A DNA stretch of 43,112 bases from NCBI GenBank assembly GCA_050302075.1, contig JBNLAH010000008.1, forward strand, positions 1 through 43,112. Reading direction: 5' to 3'. Below are positions 29,496 through 37,264 of the stretch, piece by piece (the stretch's first letter is position 1; every line of letters starts with the position of its first letter). The position numbers and the translations under genes were made by a program. This stretch comes from Parachlamydiales bacterium. Lineage in GTDB: Bacteria; Chlamydiota; Chlamydiia; Chlamydiales; SM23-39. The notes beneath the pieces are model-generated. The model saw nothing but the letters and a program-made list of their open reading frames with translations, was not told the origin of the DNA and ran no database searches.

Positions 29496-29816
29496 TTATT
29501 CATATATTTTATCAAAAAAATCTATTAATATAAATTTGCATTGTCCTTTTTTAGCATTCTTGCTTATACTTATACTGTCCATCTGTTTTCCTCTAAAAAC
29601 ATATATACTTAATCTGTCCTCCCTCTTGGAGACCTCAATTTTTGATCCTACATAAAAGACATTCTTATCATCAAACTCTTTTTCATAGTCATCTCGTATT
29701 TTTTCTGCTAACTTTTTTATATTTTCTTTATTAGTTTTCCATTTTTTATCTTTATTCTCTTCTTTGTTTAATTTTTTAATAAATTCTTCAAAATGTTTTT
29801 TTTCTCTTTTATCCAT
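29496..29816 (-). CDS. Hypothetical protein
   Basis: ORF with GAGG/AGGA RBS. Confidence 0.65.
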   Translation of the reverse strand: MDKREKKHFEEFIKKLNKEENKDKKWKTNKENIKKLAEKIRDDYEKEFDDKNVFYVGSKIEVSKREDRLSIYVFRGKQMDSISISKNAKKGQCKFILIDFFDKIYE

Positions 29817-29834
29817 TTGTTCCTTTCCTCATTT

Positions 29835-30236
29835 TTATTCATGGGGACTAATTATTTCTATCTCTACAAACTCTTGATCCGTTTCTGTATAAGCTATCTT
29901 GTTCTCATCCCAGTTAAAATATTTTTGTCCATCATTCTTAAGACATCTTGCGATCACAAGCCCATCTAAAATATATTTTTTTATAAAACTAATATTGTCA
30001 AAATCCTTTTTTTTATTTTTAACGTACCAAGTAAAAATAAATTTAGCAGGAAATTTTAGTTTTTTAAACAATTTTTTATATTGAATAGACTCTTCTGCTA
30101 TAATTTGTGTACATTTTTTCTTAATATTTGCAGCTATATATTTATTCGCTCGTTCTAAATATATATATTCATTAAGAGTGGGGAAAGACTTTATTTTGCC
30201 TCCCTGTTTATATGTTATATTAAATTTTATTTTCAT
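29835..30236 (-). CDS. rusA: RusA-like Holliday junction resolvase
   Basis: PTLNEY, KKDFDNI...KYILDGLV...LKNDG. Confidence 0.85.
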   Translation of the reverse strand: MKIKFNITYKQGGKIKSFPTLNEYIYLERANKYIAANIKKKCTQIIAEESIQYKKLFKKLKFPAKFIFTWYVKNKKKDFDNISFIKKYILDGLVIARCLKNDGQKYFNWDENKIAYTETDQEFVEIEIISPHE

Positions 30237-30267
30237 TATTTTCTAATTTCTTATTTTTTTTTTAGAA

Positions 30268-30456
30268 TGCACAACTTAGGATTTGCACCTAAGATGATAT
30301 ATTAGGGGTTCACGTTTCTCACGCCATGGACATCTTACATGCATCATATCACGAGATAAAGTTTATCTTATCCCCTTATAGCAAAGCCCCAATTCCTAAA
30401 ACTAGTGATAATAGTCCTATATATCTACGCGCGTCTACCTTTTCCGCCATTGTGCA
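30268..30456 (-). ncRNA. tRNA-like RNA with an expanded anticodon domain
   Basis: Acceptor stem TGCACAA/TTGTGCA; Leu-type D arm TGGCGGAAAAGGTAGACGC; T arm CTTAGG-TGCAAAT-CCTAAG. Confidence 0.6.
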
Positions 30457-30586
30457 TTCTTTTATCTTTTCTTTCTCTTTATCATAGACTAGGGCAGAAA
30501 TTGTAACCTGAGGACTCTGCCCTAGGACGATAACATAAAAGGAAAAAACGCCCCCGTCTATGATTTATTATATTTATATAATTATA

Positions 30587-30802
30587 TCAAAAATTATCTT
30601 CAAAATCAAAACCATTAAGGTTTACTCTTATTTCTTTAATTTGTCTGTTAATTTTTCGCTTCTCTTTTCTTAAAGCAAATTTTTTATCTAATGCTTTTTT
30701 ATTAGTTTCTGATGATATTTTTTCTAATTGGCCGTCTATTAAATCAAGTTCTTTATTTTTTTTATTTAATTCTATTGATAACCATTTGGTATAATAGTTC
30801 AT
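30587..30802 (-). CDS. Small coiled-coil protein
   Basis: ORF with AAGGA RBS. Confidence 0.6.
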   Translation of the reverse strand: MNYYTKWLSIELNKKNKELDLIDGQLEKISSETNKKALDKKFALRKEKRKINRQIKEIRVNLNGFDFEDNF

Positions 30803-30813
30803 ATAATTTTCCT

Positions 30814-30963
30814 TTAGATAAATACTTTAAAAATTAGCGTTATGCCTGTTAGCCCAAAAGCTAACGCTAACAATAATATTAAAGCATCTTTCGTTTCATT
30901 AAGCCAGAGAATTACTCCCGCATTTAATAAAAAGCCAACAAATACTATTAAAAAATCTCGCAT
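30814..30963 (-). CDS. Small two-TM membrane protein (49 aa)
   Basis: MRDFLIVFVGFLLNAGVILWLNETKDALILLLALAFGLTGITLIFKVFI; GGAGG RBS. Confidence 0.6.
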   Translation of the reverse strand: MRDFLIVFVGFLLNAGVILWLNETKDALILLLALAFGLTGITLIFKVFI

Positions 30964-30982
30964 ATTTCCCTCCTGCTATAAC

Positions 30983-31096
30983 TTAAAATTCTGTTTTTAG
31001 AATTTCTTGTATAGCTCTATACAATAGATATATTATTATTCCTAATGCAACTAAAATAAAGCCAAACAAAATATATGCTAATAATTCTGTAATCAT
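30983..31096 (-). CDS. Small single-TM protein (37 aa)
   Basis: MITELLAYILFGFILVALGIIIYLLYRAIQEILKTEF; ATGA-coupled to the upstream gene. Confidence 0.55.
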   Translation of the reverse strand: MITELLAYILFGFILVALGIIIYLLYRAIQEILKTEF

Positions 31097-31287
31097 TCTT
31101 CCTCCTCTTCATCTATTATAAAGCCTGTTGTTTCTTGAAGAAAAACATCTAAACCCTCTCCTTTTACAGTTTCTTTTGTTATATCAATTCTATATGTTGA
31201 ATAAATATCTTCTTCTCCTTCTTTATATTTTACACATTTCACAAAAATTTCATCTCCTTCATGTACATAAATAAATTTTTTTCTCAT
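31093..31287 (-). CDS. Hypothetical protein
   Basis: GAGGAGG RBS. Confidence 0.6.
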   Translation of the reverse strand: MRKKFIYVHEGDEIFVKCVKYKEGEEDIYSTYRIDITKETVKGEGLDVFLQETTGFIIDEEEEE

Positions 31288-31297
31288 ATATCCTCCT

Positions 31298-32218
31298 CTA
31301 TACTGCTTTACTAAAAGCTCGATATTTTTGTAAATCTAAATAAGTGCTTTTATAATCTTTCTTATTTACAAACAGTTTGTATTTTAAGCTTTTTAGTATT
31401 TCATCAAAAGCTCGCATTACATTAATAACATTAACTCGTGGGGTATATGGGGTATACCCATATATTTTTCTATTTCCAAGAAATTTAAGCCCGTTGCCTA
31501 CTGCTCTTAATTCTTGTAGTAAATTTTGTATTATTACTACAGACATTAGACAATAATGATCTAATATTTCTTTTGTATATTTCATATTAGTAACAGTAGA
31601 ATAACTCTTATTTTCAATAATAATATTAATCTTTTTTTTATTTAATTTTTTCCTCTTTATTTCGCTTAAATATATGATATTAAAATCTGTTATACTATAT
31701 CCTAATCGCTTAAGCCCTCTCATCATAAATATTTCAGCTAATAATTCTGCTTCTGATATAGACTGATCTGGATTTTTGGGGAGTCTTTCTTCCCAATTTA
31801 AAATAACTTTTTTATTACATTTCATCCCAAAGAGTGATATATATTTTATATCTAAAGGGATATTAAGCTTTCTAAATAATTCTTTTGTGCCTCCTCCTAC
31901 TCCCCCTGTAAAAATATAATTTTTCCCAATTTCCGGATGAATATGATTCACGGCATAAAAATAATTGCTGCCACAGATAACCATTGCGTCTACTTTCTCA
32001 AAAGGTTGTGTATAAGCTACAGTTTTAAGCATTCTTGTAAAAAACCCTGGAAAAACATCAATTAGTTTTTGTATTCTTGAAAATTCTGGACGATTAATGT
32101 ATTGCATAATTTCTTCTTGGCATACATACGGATTATTGAATATTGTATTTGGTTGTAAGCCGAATACTTGAGTTCCTAAAATACTACAAATTAAGAATGT
32201 TATAATATATTTTCTCAT
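31298..32218 (-). CDS. Secreted DUF218 (YdcF/SanA/ElyC) family protein
   Basis: DAMVICGS, IFTGGVG, SEAELLA, IIIENKSYSTVTN, QELRA; signal peptide MRKYIITFLICSILGTQVFG|. Confidence 0.75.
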   Translation of the reverse strand: MRKYIITFLICSILGTQVFGLQPNTIFNNPYVCQEEIMQYINRPEFSRIQKLIDVFPGFFTRMLKTVAYTQPFEKVDAMVICGSNYFYAVNHIHPEIGKNYIFTGGVGGGTKELFRKLNIPLDIKYISLFGMKCNKKVILNWEERLPKNPDQSISEAELLAEIFMMRGLKRLGYSITDFNIIYLSEIKRKKLNKKKINIIIENKSYSTVTNMKYTKEILDHYCLMSVVIIQNLLQELRAVGNGLKFLGNRKIYGYTPYTPRVNVINVMRAFDEILKSLKYKLFVNKKDYKSTYLDLQKYRAFSKAV

Positions 32219-32655
32219 GATTGTATTTCCTCTTTTATATTTTTTTGGGTCAATTTTATATTTACGTATTTTTCAAAAAGGTTATAGTGATATATGTTTC
32301 CTATAATTTCAAATACTTTTTCATCATAATTATACAAATCTGCTAAACCATTATGAACATTTATGTCTACATAAAACAATAAATCTTTTTCTAAATATTC
32401 CACTATTCCAATTCCTTCATCTGTATCATTATCATGCATTTCTAAATTTTGATCCATTACTTTTATAATGTCCTTTTCAAAGATAGGGTTTTCGTTAATG
32501 TCAAAAAAGCCAGTCCCCCTATTAACTATATAAATTTCTGATGATAATTTTTCTTTCTTTTCATAATTAAAAATTGTTCCATCTTCTAATATTGAAATAT
32601 TCTCTTTTTCCCATTTGTTTTCATTTGTATTCCATATTCGATATGTTAAATCCAT
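32215..32655 (-). CDS. YopX family protein
   Basis: YRIWN, TGFFDINENPIFEKDII, EIIGNIY. Confidence 0.85.
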   Translation of the reverse strand: MDLTYRIWNTNENKWEKENISILEDGTIFNYEKKEKLSSEIYIVNRGTGFFDINENPIFEKDIIKVMDQNLEMHDNDTDEGIGIVEYLEKDLLFYVDINVHNGLADLYNYDEKVFEIIGNIYHYNLFEKYVNIKLTQKNIKEEIQS

Positions 32656-32666
32656 AACGTTATTTT

Positions 32667-32699
32667 CTCCTTTTAAGCAGCTTCTTTTAATTTTTTATA
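32667..32699. repeat. 33-bp direct repeat, copy 1
   Basis: CTCCTTTTAAGCAGCTTCTTTTAATTTTTTATA, identical to 33122-33154. Confidence 0.9.
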
Positions 32700-32746
32700 A
32701 TAATTTTACCTCACCTCTTGTTTTAATTTTTCTAGCTTTTCTTTTT

Positions 32747-33112
32747 TCACCAGTTTACCTCCCATTTAATTTTTTCTATATATCTTTTTTTAGGATATAT
32801 ATCAAAAGTAAAAGAATAAGATGGCAAAGCTAATGTTAATTTTTCACCCCATATTGTTTCTCTGGGGGTCATTAATTCTATTTTAAGTTTTTTCCTATCT
32901 ATAATTTTTAGCTGTAATCCATATTCTTCCATAATTTCTTCATATTTTTTTAAAGCAATATAATTAACATCATATAACTTATTTTGAAATTGGCGATCAA
33001 TAAATGCTTGTTGCCCATCTATGTATCCTTGATTATAATCTTTTTTAGGTTTATAGAATGCTTTTTTATAGAGCATATCTAATCCTACTTTTGCCATAGC
33101 ACTTAATTTCAT
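32747..33112 (-). CDS. Hypothetical protein
   Basis: AGGAGG RBS; YNQGYIDG motif. Confidence 0.7.
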   Translation of the reverse strand: MKLSAMAKVGLDMLYKKAFYKPKKDYNQGYIDGQQAFIDRQFQNKLYDVNYIALKKYEEIMEEYGLQLKIIDRKKLKIELMTPRETIWGEKLTLALPSYSFTFDIYPKKRYIEKIKWEVNW

Positions 33113-33121
33113 CTTTTTTTC

Positions 33122-33154
33122 CTCCTTTTAAGCAGCTTCTTTTAATTTTTTATA
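33122..33154. repeat. 33-bp direct repeat, copy 2
   Basis: Covers the last codons, stop and following RBS of the kinase-like gene. Confidence 0.9.
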
Positions 33155-34078
33155 GTGATTCATTCCAATTAAATCTGCTTCTATAAGTTTTTTATTTCGC
33201 GCTATTTTGGATAAAATTATTGTTGGTAATTGCTTTTTGAACATTTCATCTAAAAGAATTAATACATCTTTTTTTGCCCAGACTTGTACAGGGTTTTCCA
33301 TGTTGCGCCTATAAATCATATAATTTATATTGATCCAATATCGAGAATAATGTTTTTTATGTAACACAATACCTATAGCAACATCAAAGATATTATTTTC
33401 TTCTGGTAACAATAATGATCTATCCATATTTTTTACATATTTTTCTAATTTGTGAGGATGAATAAAGACATTATTACTTTCAAAGTCGATAAGTTTCCAA
33501 TCAACATTGTCTATATCTTTTATTCCCTCTTTTCTATGAGAGACAAACATAATGTTCTTTGTGTATGCAGCATTGAAAGGATCAGCTAAATCAATAAAAG
33601 AGACTCCTGCTGCTCCCATCCAACGCATAACCTCGTTATATTCAGCAGGATCGCCAAAGTAATCGCCCCATTCATCATATACAGGAATACAATATCCGTC
33701 TATTCCTTCTGCGTATTCCATGTAGTACCATTTTTTATATTCATTATCTACATACCCCAAAGGCTTAACTACATGCGGGAATTTATAGTAACCCTTTTTT
33801 CTAAAATATTTGTCTAAAATATAAACTATTGTATTTAGATAAGTTTGATATTCGCCTTTTTTCCTGCAAATCTTCATGAAAGAATTATTAGATAAATAAA
33901 ACAATCCTTTCTCTACCAAATGCGTAGAGGCTTGCTCTCCAAAGCGAATAAAATTGCTATCTAAGTCTTCTATCCACCCTTTATCATGTTTAAATTTTGA
34001 AGGTGGAGCTAAGCAATTTATGTTTTGACTTAATCCCAATCCCAGAATAATAATTGTAAATAAGATAAGTATTTTCAT
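33128..34078 (-). CDS. Secreted protein-kinase-like fold protein
   Basis: HVVKPLGY, YYMEYAEG, DL...KNIM, WKLIDFE; signal peptide MKILILFTIIILGLGLSQNINC|LAPPS. Confidence 0.6.
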   Translation of the reverse strand: MKILILFTIIILGLGLSQNINCLAPPSKFKHDKGWIEDLDSNFIRFGEQASTHLVEKGLFYLSNNSFMKICRKKGEYQTYLNTIVYILDKYFRKKGYYKFPHVVKPLGYVDNEYKKWYYMEYAEGIDGYCIPVYDEWGDYFGDPAEYNEVMRWMGAAGVSFIDLADPFNAAYTKNIMFVSHRKEGIKDIDNVDWKLIDFESNNVFIHPHKLEKYVKNMDRSLLLPEENNIFDVAIGIVLHKKHYSRYWININYMIYRRNMENPVQVWAKKDVLILLDEMFKKQLPTIILSKIARNKKLIEADLIGMNHYKKLKEAA

Positions 34079-34131
34079 TTTTTTTCTCTTATTAATATTT
34101 TTTTCATGATTGTATTTTCTCCTTCTTTTTT

Positions 34132-34368
34132 TTAACTTGGTTCGCCAAACAATATATTCCCTGCATGTTCTGGAAAAGGTGCTCCAAAATTTTCTATAAA
34201 CCTAGTGTCTTCTTCTTCATCTAATCCTTTCCCAATTCCAATATAATATTTAATACTAAATTTGTCTTTTACTTTTACAATTCCTATTGTATAGGCAATT
34301 CCCGTCGTTTTTCCCATATAGACTTCATACATCCCGCTAAACCATAATGATTTTATTTCTTTTTCCAT
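34132..34368 (-). CDS. Hypothetical protein
   Basis: GGAGGG RBS. Confidence 0.65.
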   Translation of the reverse strand: MEKEIKSLWFSGMYEVYMGKTTGIAYTIGIVKVKDKFSIKYYIGIGKGLDEEEDTRFIENFGAPFPEHAGNILFGEPS

Positions 34369-34379
34369 TTTCCCTCCAC

Positions 34380-35180
34380 TTAATTAATTGAAAAAACTAA
34401 GTCTGAAAATAAGATAGGTTTTTCAATAACCTTTTTTGATTTACAATAATCGCAAACCCCACATTTCGAAGGTTCAAATTGCCCTTCTTTTAGGGTTAAA
34501 ATTCTGCCTATATTTTGTTCAACTGTACCTAATGCCTCATCTAATTCTTGTTGAGTAAATATAAGGCATTCAATATCTGGTTCTTTTTCTTTTGATATTG
34601 CTGATATAAGACAGGGCAATTTTTCGCCTGTATTAATTTCTACAACTTTTTGGTAGATTGCTAATTGAATGTCATATCCCCAGTATTTCCCAAAATCAAT
34701 ATATCCCAAGTCCTTTACCCAGAATGCTTTTTGGATACTGGCGCACGTTTTTAAATCTACTATTGTTTTTCCCTCAAAATAAGAATCAATCTTAATTTTC
34801 CAGTTTGCGCCAAATATTTTGGCTTCCATTATCACTTGCTTTTCACCACTTAATGTTTTCATGAAATATGCATCGCGCTCTATTCGTTTAATTAGCACTT
34901 CTGCTTGTAGATATTCTGCTCGTAGCTCTCCTTTCTTTGTATATATTTCGGGATTATTATTTTTAAAATCGTCTATCGTTCCTTCAAAATATGCGTCAAC
35001 AAAACTACCTATAAGCATAGCCTTTGACGGTTCTTCTATATATTCTCCCTTAATTCGTGCTAATGCTCTAGCTTCACAACCCATGCTGCCTAGACTTCCC
35101 GCAAAATCTTTGTATTGCGAAGCGCTCATATATTTTTTGTTTGTTTCTTGATCATAGTAATTGCTGGGTGTTAATTTCAT
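34380..35180 (-). CDS. PD-(D/E)XK exonuclease-like protein (DUF3799/RecE-like)
   Basis: MKLTPSNYY...YMSASQYKDF, KIKIDS, IVDLKT, YDIQLAIYQ, CGVCDYC. Confidence 0.88.
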   Translation of the reverse strand: MKLTPSNYYDQETNKKYMSASQYKDFAGSLGSMGCEARALARIKGEYIEEPSKAMLIGSFVDAYFEGTIDDFKNNNPEIYTKKGELRAEYLQAEVLIKRIERDAYFMKTLSGEKQVIMEAKIFGANWKIKIDSYFEGKTIVDLKTCASIQKAFWVKDLGYIDFGKYWGYDIQLAIYQKVVEINTGEKLPCLISAISKEKEPDIECLIFTQQELDEALGTVEQNIGRILTLKEGQFEPSKCGVCDYCKSKKVIEKPILFSDLVFSIN

Positions 35181-35958
35181 TCTTGTTATTCTCCTTTTCA
35201 TAATTATTGGCGAATGGATCAATTATTTTATTATTATTATTATTATCAACATAATCTATTCGATTATCATTTAGTACCGCTTGATCGTTTATTATTGCTT
35301 TTTCCATTTTTGTTGATAATATTCCGTATTTTGATAAAAGCAATTTCAAAACAGTTTTTTTAGCCATCGCATCAAAATCATCTTTCCACATACCTTTATC
35401 TTTTTGATATGTTTTGCTATATTTTTTTGCGTGTTGTTTTACGGCTCCTAAAGACATGAAAAAGACTTTTTCAAAACCATTTAGAAGTCTATAATATGCT
35501 GAATATCCTATTATTTTACTTTTCTTTTTTTCTTCTAATTCTGAAAAGCTTAGTGGTTGCGCAAATTGAATTTCTCCTGTCATTCTATTGATGTATTCAA
35601 TATCCCCTTCTGATACTTCTGTAGTATGCATAGTTTTATATTGCCCTGTCCTTATTCCGAGCTGTATAAAACCTTTATATCCCATTTGAAATTGCGCTTC
35701 CCACACTTTTTTATAGCTATTGTAGTACGGAATAATATAAGCAAACCCTAGATTTTTATTGATAGGCAATTCGAGTGCTGCTGCTAATATTCCTGCTGAT
35801 ATGACAGTAACGGGCGTACATTCTTGTAATTTTGGGTTGTCATTAGTTACAGAGATCAGAGAGCTTATAAAAATATTGGTCTTTTCGCCTACTACTTCCC
35901 TAAGTCTTTCTTGCATGTTTTCCTTTTCAATCACTAATTCTAACTTATTTTTTGTCAT
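35152..35958 (-). CDS. recT: RecT family single-strand annealing protein
   Basis: LGFAYIIPY, AQFQMGYKGFIQLGIRTGQY, FDAMAKKTVLKLLLSKYG. Confidence 0.93.
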   Translation of the reverse strand: MTKNKLELVIEKENMQERLREVVGEKTNIFISSLISVTNDNPKLQECTPVTVISAGILAAALELPINKNLGFAYIIPYYNSYKKVWEAQFQMGYKGFIQLGIRTGQYKTMHTTEVSEGDIEYINRMTGEIQFAQPLSFSELEEKKKSKIIGYSAYYRLLNGFEKVFFMSLGAVKQHAKKYSKTYQKDKGMWKDDFDAMAKKTVLKLLLSKYGILSTKMEKAIINDQAVLNDNRIDYVDNNNNNKIIDPFANNYEKENNKNEINTQQLL

Positions 35959-36034
35959 TATTTTTCCTCCATTTCTTTTTTAAAAATTAATTGATATTTT
36001 TATATCATTTAAATATTACTTTTGTATTATAATA

Positions 36035-36256
36035 TTAATACTGTCGCTCACGTATTATAATATTAATACTGTCTACTACTTGACTGTAAATTTTTTCCTC
36101 TATTTCGTTTAAAAGCACTACATCTTTTATTTTTTTTGCTTCCCCTGTTATTTCTTTAGCTTTTTCGAGTACTTCTTGTGGTACTTCATAATCAGTTTCT
36201 ACACAAGTACCTGTATATCCTATATCAATAGTAACTCTGTATTTTTTTTTAATCAT
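36035..36256 (-). CDS. Hypothetical protein
   Basis: AAGGAGG RBS. Confidence 0.65.
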   Translation of the reverse strand: MIKKKYRVTIDIGYTGTCVETDYEVPQEVLEKAKEITGEAKKIKDVVLLNEIEEKIYSQVVDSINIIIRERQY

Positions 36257-36266
36257 TGTTTCCTCC

Positions 36267-36533
36267 TTATTTATTTAATTCATATTCAATTTGATCTTGA
36301 ATTTCTTCATATTCTTCTTTTGAGAAATCTACTAGAGAAATATTATTTTGATTTTCCCTAATATCTTCAATCTCAAAATTAAGACTTCCAAAACCGAGCC
36401 TATTTTCTATCACCATAATATCTACTTCTAGCGTTCTTTTTTCCCCTAAGAAAACCTCTAAGGTGTGAGGATAAGCCGCTGGGATATTATTAACATCTCG
36501 AAAATCATCTAAAATTTTTGTAAATACGTCCAT
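36267..36533 (-). CDS. Hypothetical acidic protein
   Basis: GGAGGTG RBS. Confidence 0.65.
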   Translation of the reverse strand: MDVFTKILDDFRDVNNIPAAYPHTLEVFLGEKRTLEVDIMVIENRLGFGSLNFEIEDIRENQNNISLVDFSKEEYEEIQDQIEYELNK

Positions 36534-36877
36534 TAAATCACCTCCCTTAAATTAAAGCTAAAATTGTTATTTTCTACTTTTTCTATCAATCTATAGAAAA
36601 CTTGAGATATTCTATTTTTTTCTTTCTTCATAGCTGGGATATAACATTTTTTAGTACAATGTGTAATTCGTAATTCTAGGCAAGCCAAAACTTCTTGCAA
36701 ATGTTCTTTAATCCGCGCCAATACGTTCTCAAAAATGTCATCTTCCCATAGCTCTACATATCGAGGCCTCATCCCGTAAATTTCCATGAGATTAATAATA
36801 TCTCTTAATTGCTCTAGCTTCTCCTGGTTTCCTTCTTCTACATGTTTTTTTTTCTCGAAAAATTTAAACAGTTTCAT
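36533..36877 (-). CDS. Hypothetical protein (start revised to MKLFKF)
   Basis: AGGAGG RBS before ATG 36877; the longer ORF runs into the promoter. Confidence 0.65.
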   Translation of the reverse strand: MKLFKFFEKKKHVEEGNQEKLEQLRDIINLMEIYGMRPRYVELWEDDIFENVLARIKEHLQEVLACLELRITHCTKKCYIPAMKKEKNRISQVFYRLIEKVENNNFSFNLREVI

Positions 36878-36923
36878 TTTATTTTTCCTCCTTTTTTTAG
36901 GATATTTTTTCATCCTTGTCATA

Positions 36924-36952
36924 AGCATATCACGAAAAAGAATTAATGTCAA
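36924..36952 (-). promoter_or_regulatory. Leftward sigma70 promoter (recombination operon)
   Basis: TTGACA-17 nt-TATGCT with extended -10 TG. Confidence 0.75.
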
Positions 36953-36973
36953 GAAATATTTTATTTTTTTTTC

Positions 36974-37002
36974 TTGACATCTCTAGCTTATTTTTCTATT
37001 AT
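36974..37002 (+). promoter_or_regulatory. Rightward sigma70 promoter (Cro/replication operon)
   Basis: TTGACA-17 nt-TATTAT. Confidence 0.7.
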
Positions 37003-37038
37003 ACTTTTAGTTATTTAAAAAAATAAAGGAGTAAAACA

Positions 37039-37245
37039 ATGGCTAAAAACATGAAGTTTTTTGAAAGGATTAACAAATTGAGAGAAATAAACGGATGGAC
37101 GATTAAAGAACATGCAGAAAAGCTAGATATTTCACCAAAAATGTATGCGCATTATTTGAAAACAGAATATATGCCTGCAATAGTTTTTAAAAGAGCTATT
37201 AAATTACATAATTTAGATGTAACTAAAGCTCTTGAATGGCTATAA
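37039..37245 (+). CDS. Cro/XRE-type HTH regulator
   Basis: INKLREINGWTIKEHAEKLDISPKMYAHY. Confidence 0.8.
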   Translation: MAKNMKFFERINKLREINGWTIKEHAEKLDISPKMYAHYLKTEYMPAIVFKRAIKLHNLDVTKALEWL

Positions 37246-37264
37246 AACTAGAGAGAGGTGGGTT

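Noticed and set aside
30268..30456. tmRNA or canonical tRNA-Leu
   Set aside because: No Ala-type acceptor end, it has a full D arm, it is too short for tmRNA, and no 7-nt anticodon loop or CCA is identifiable
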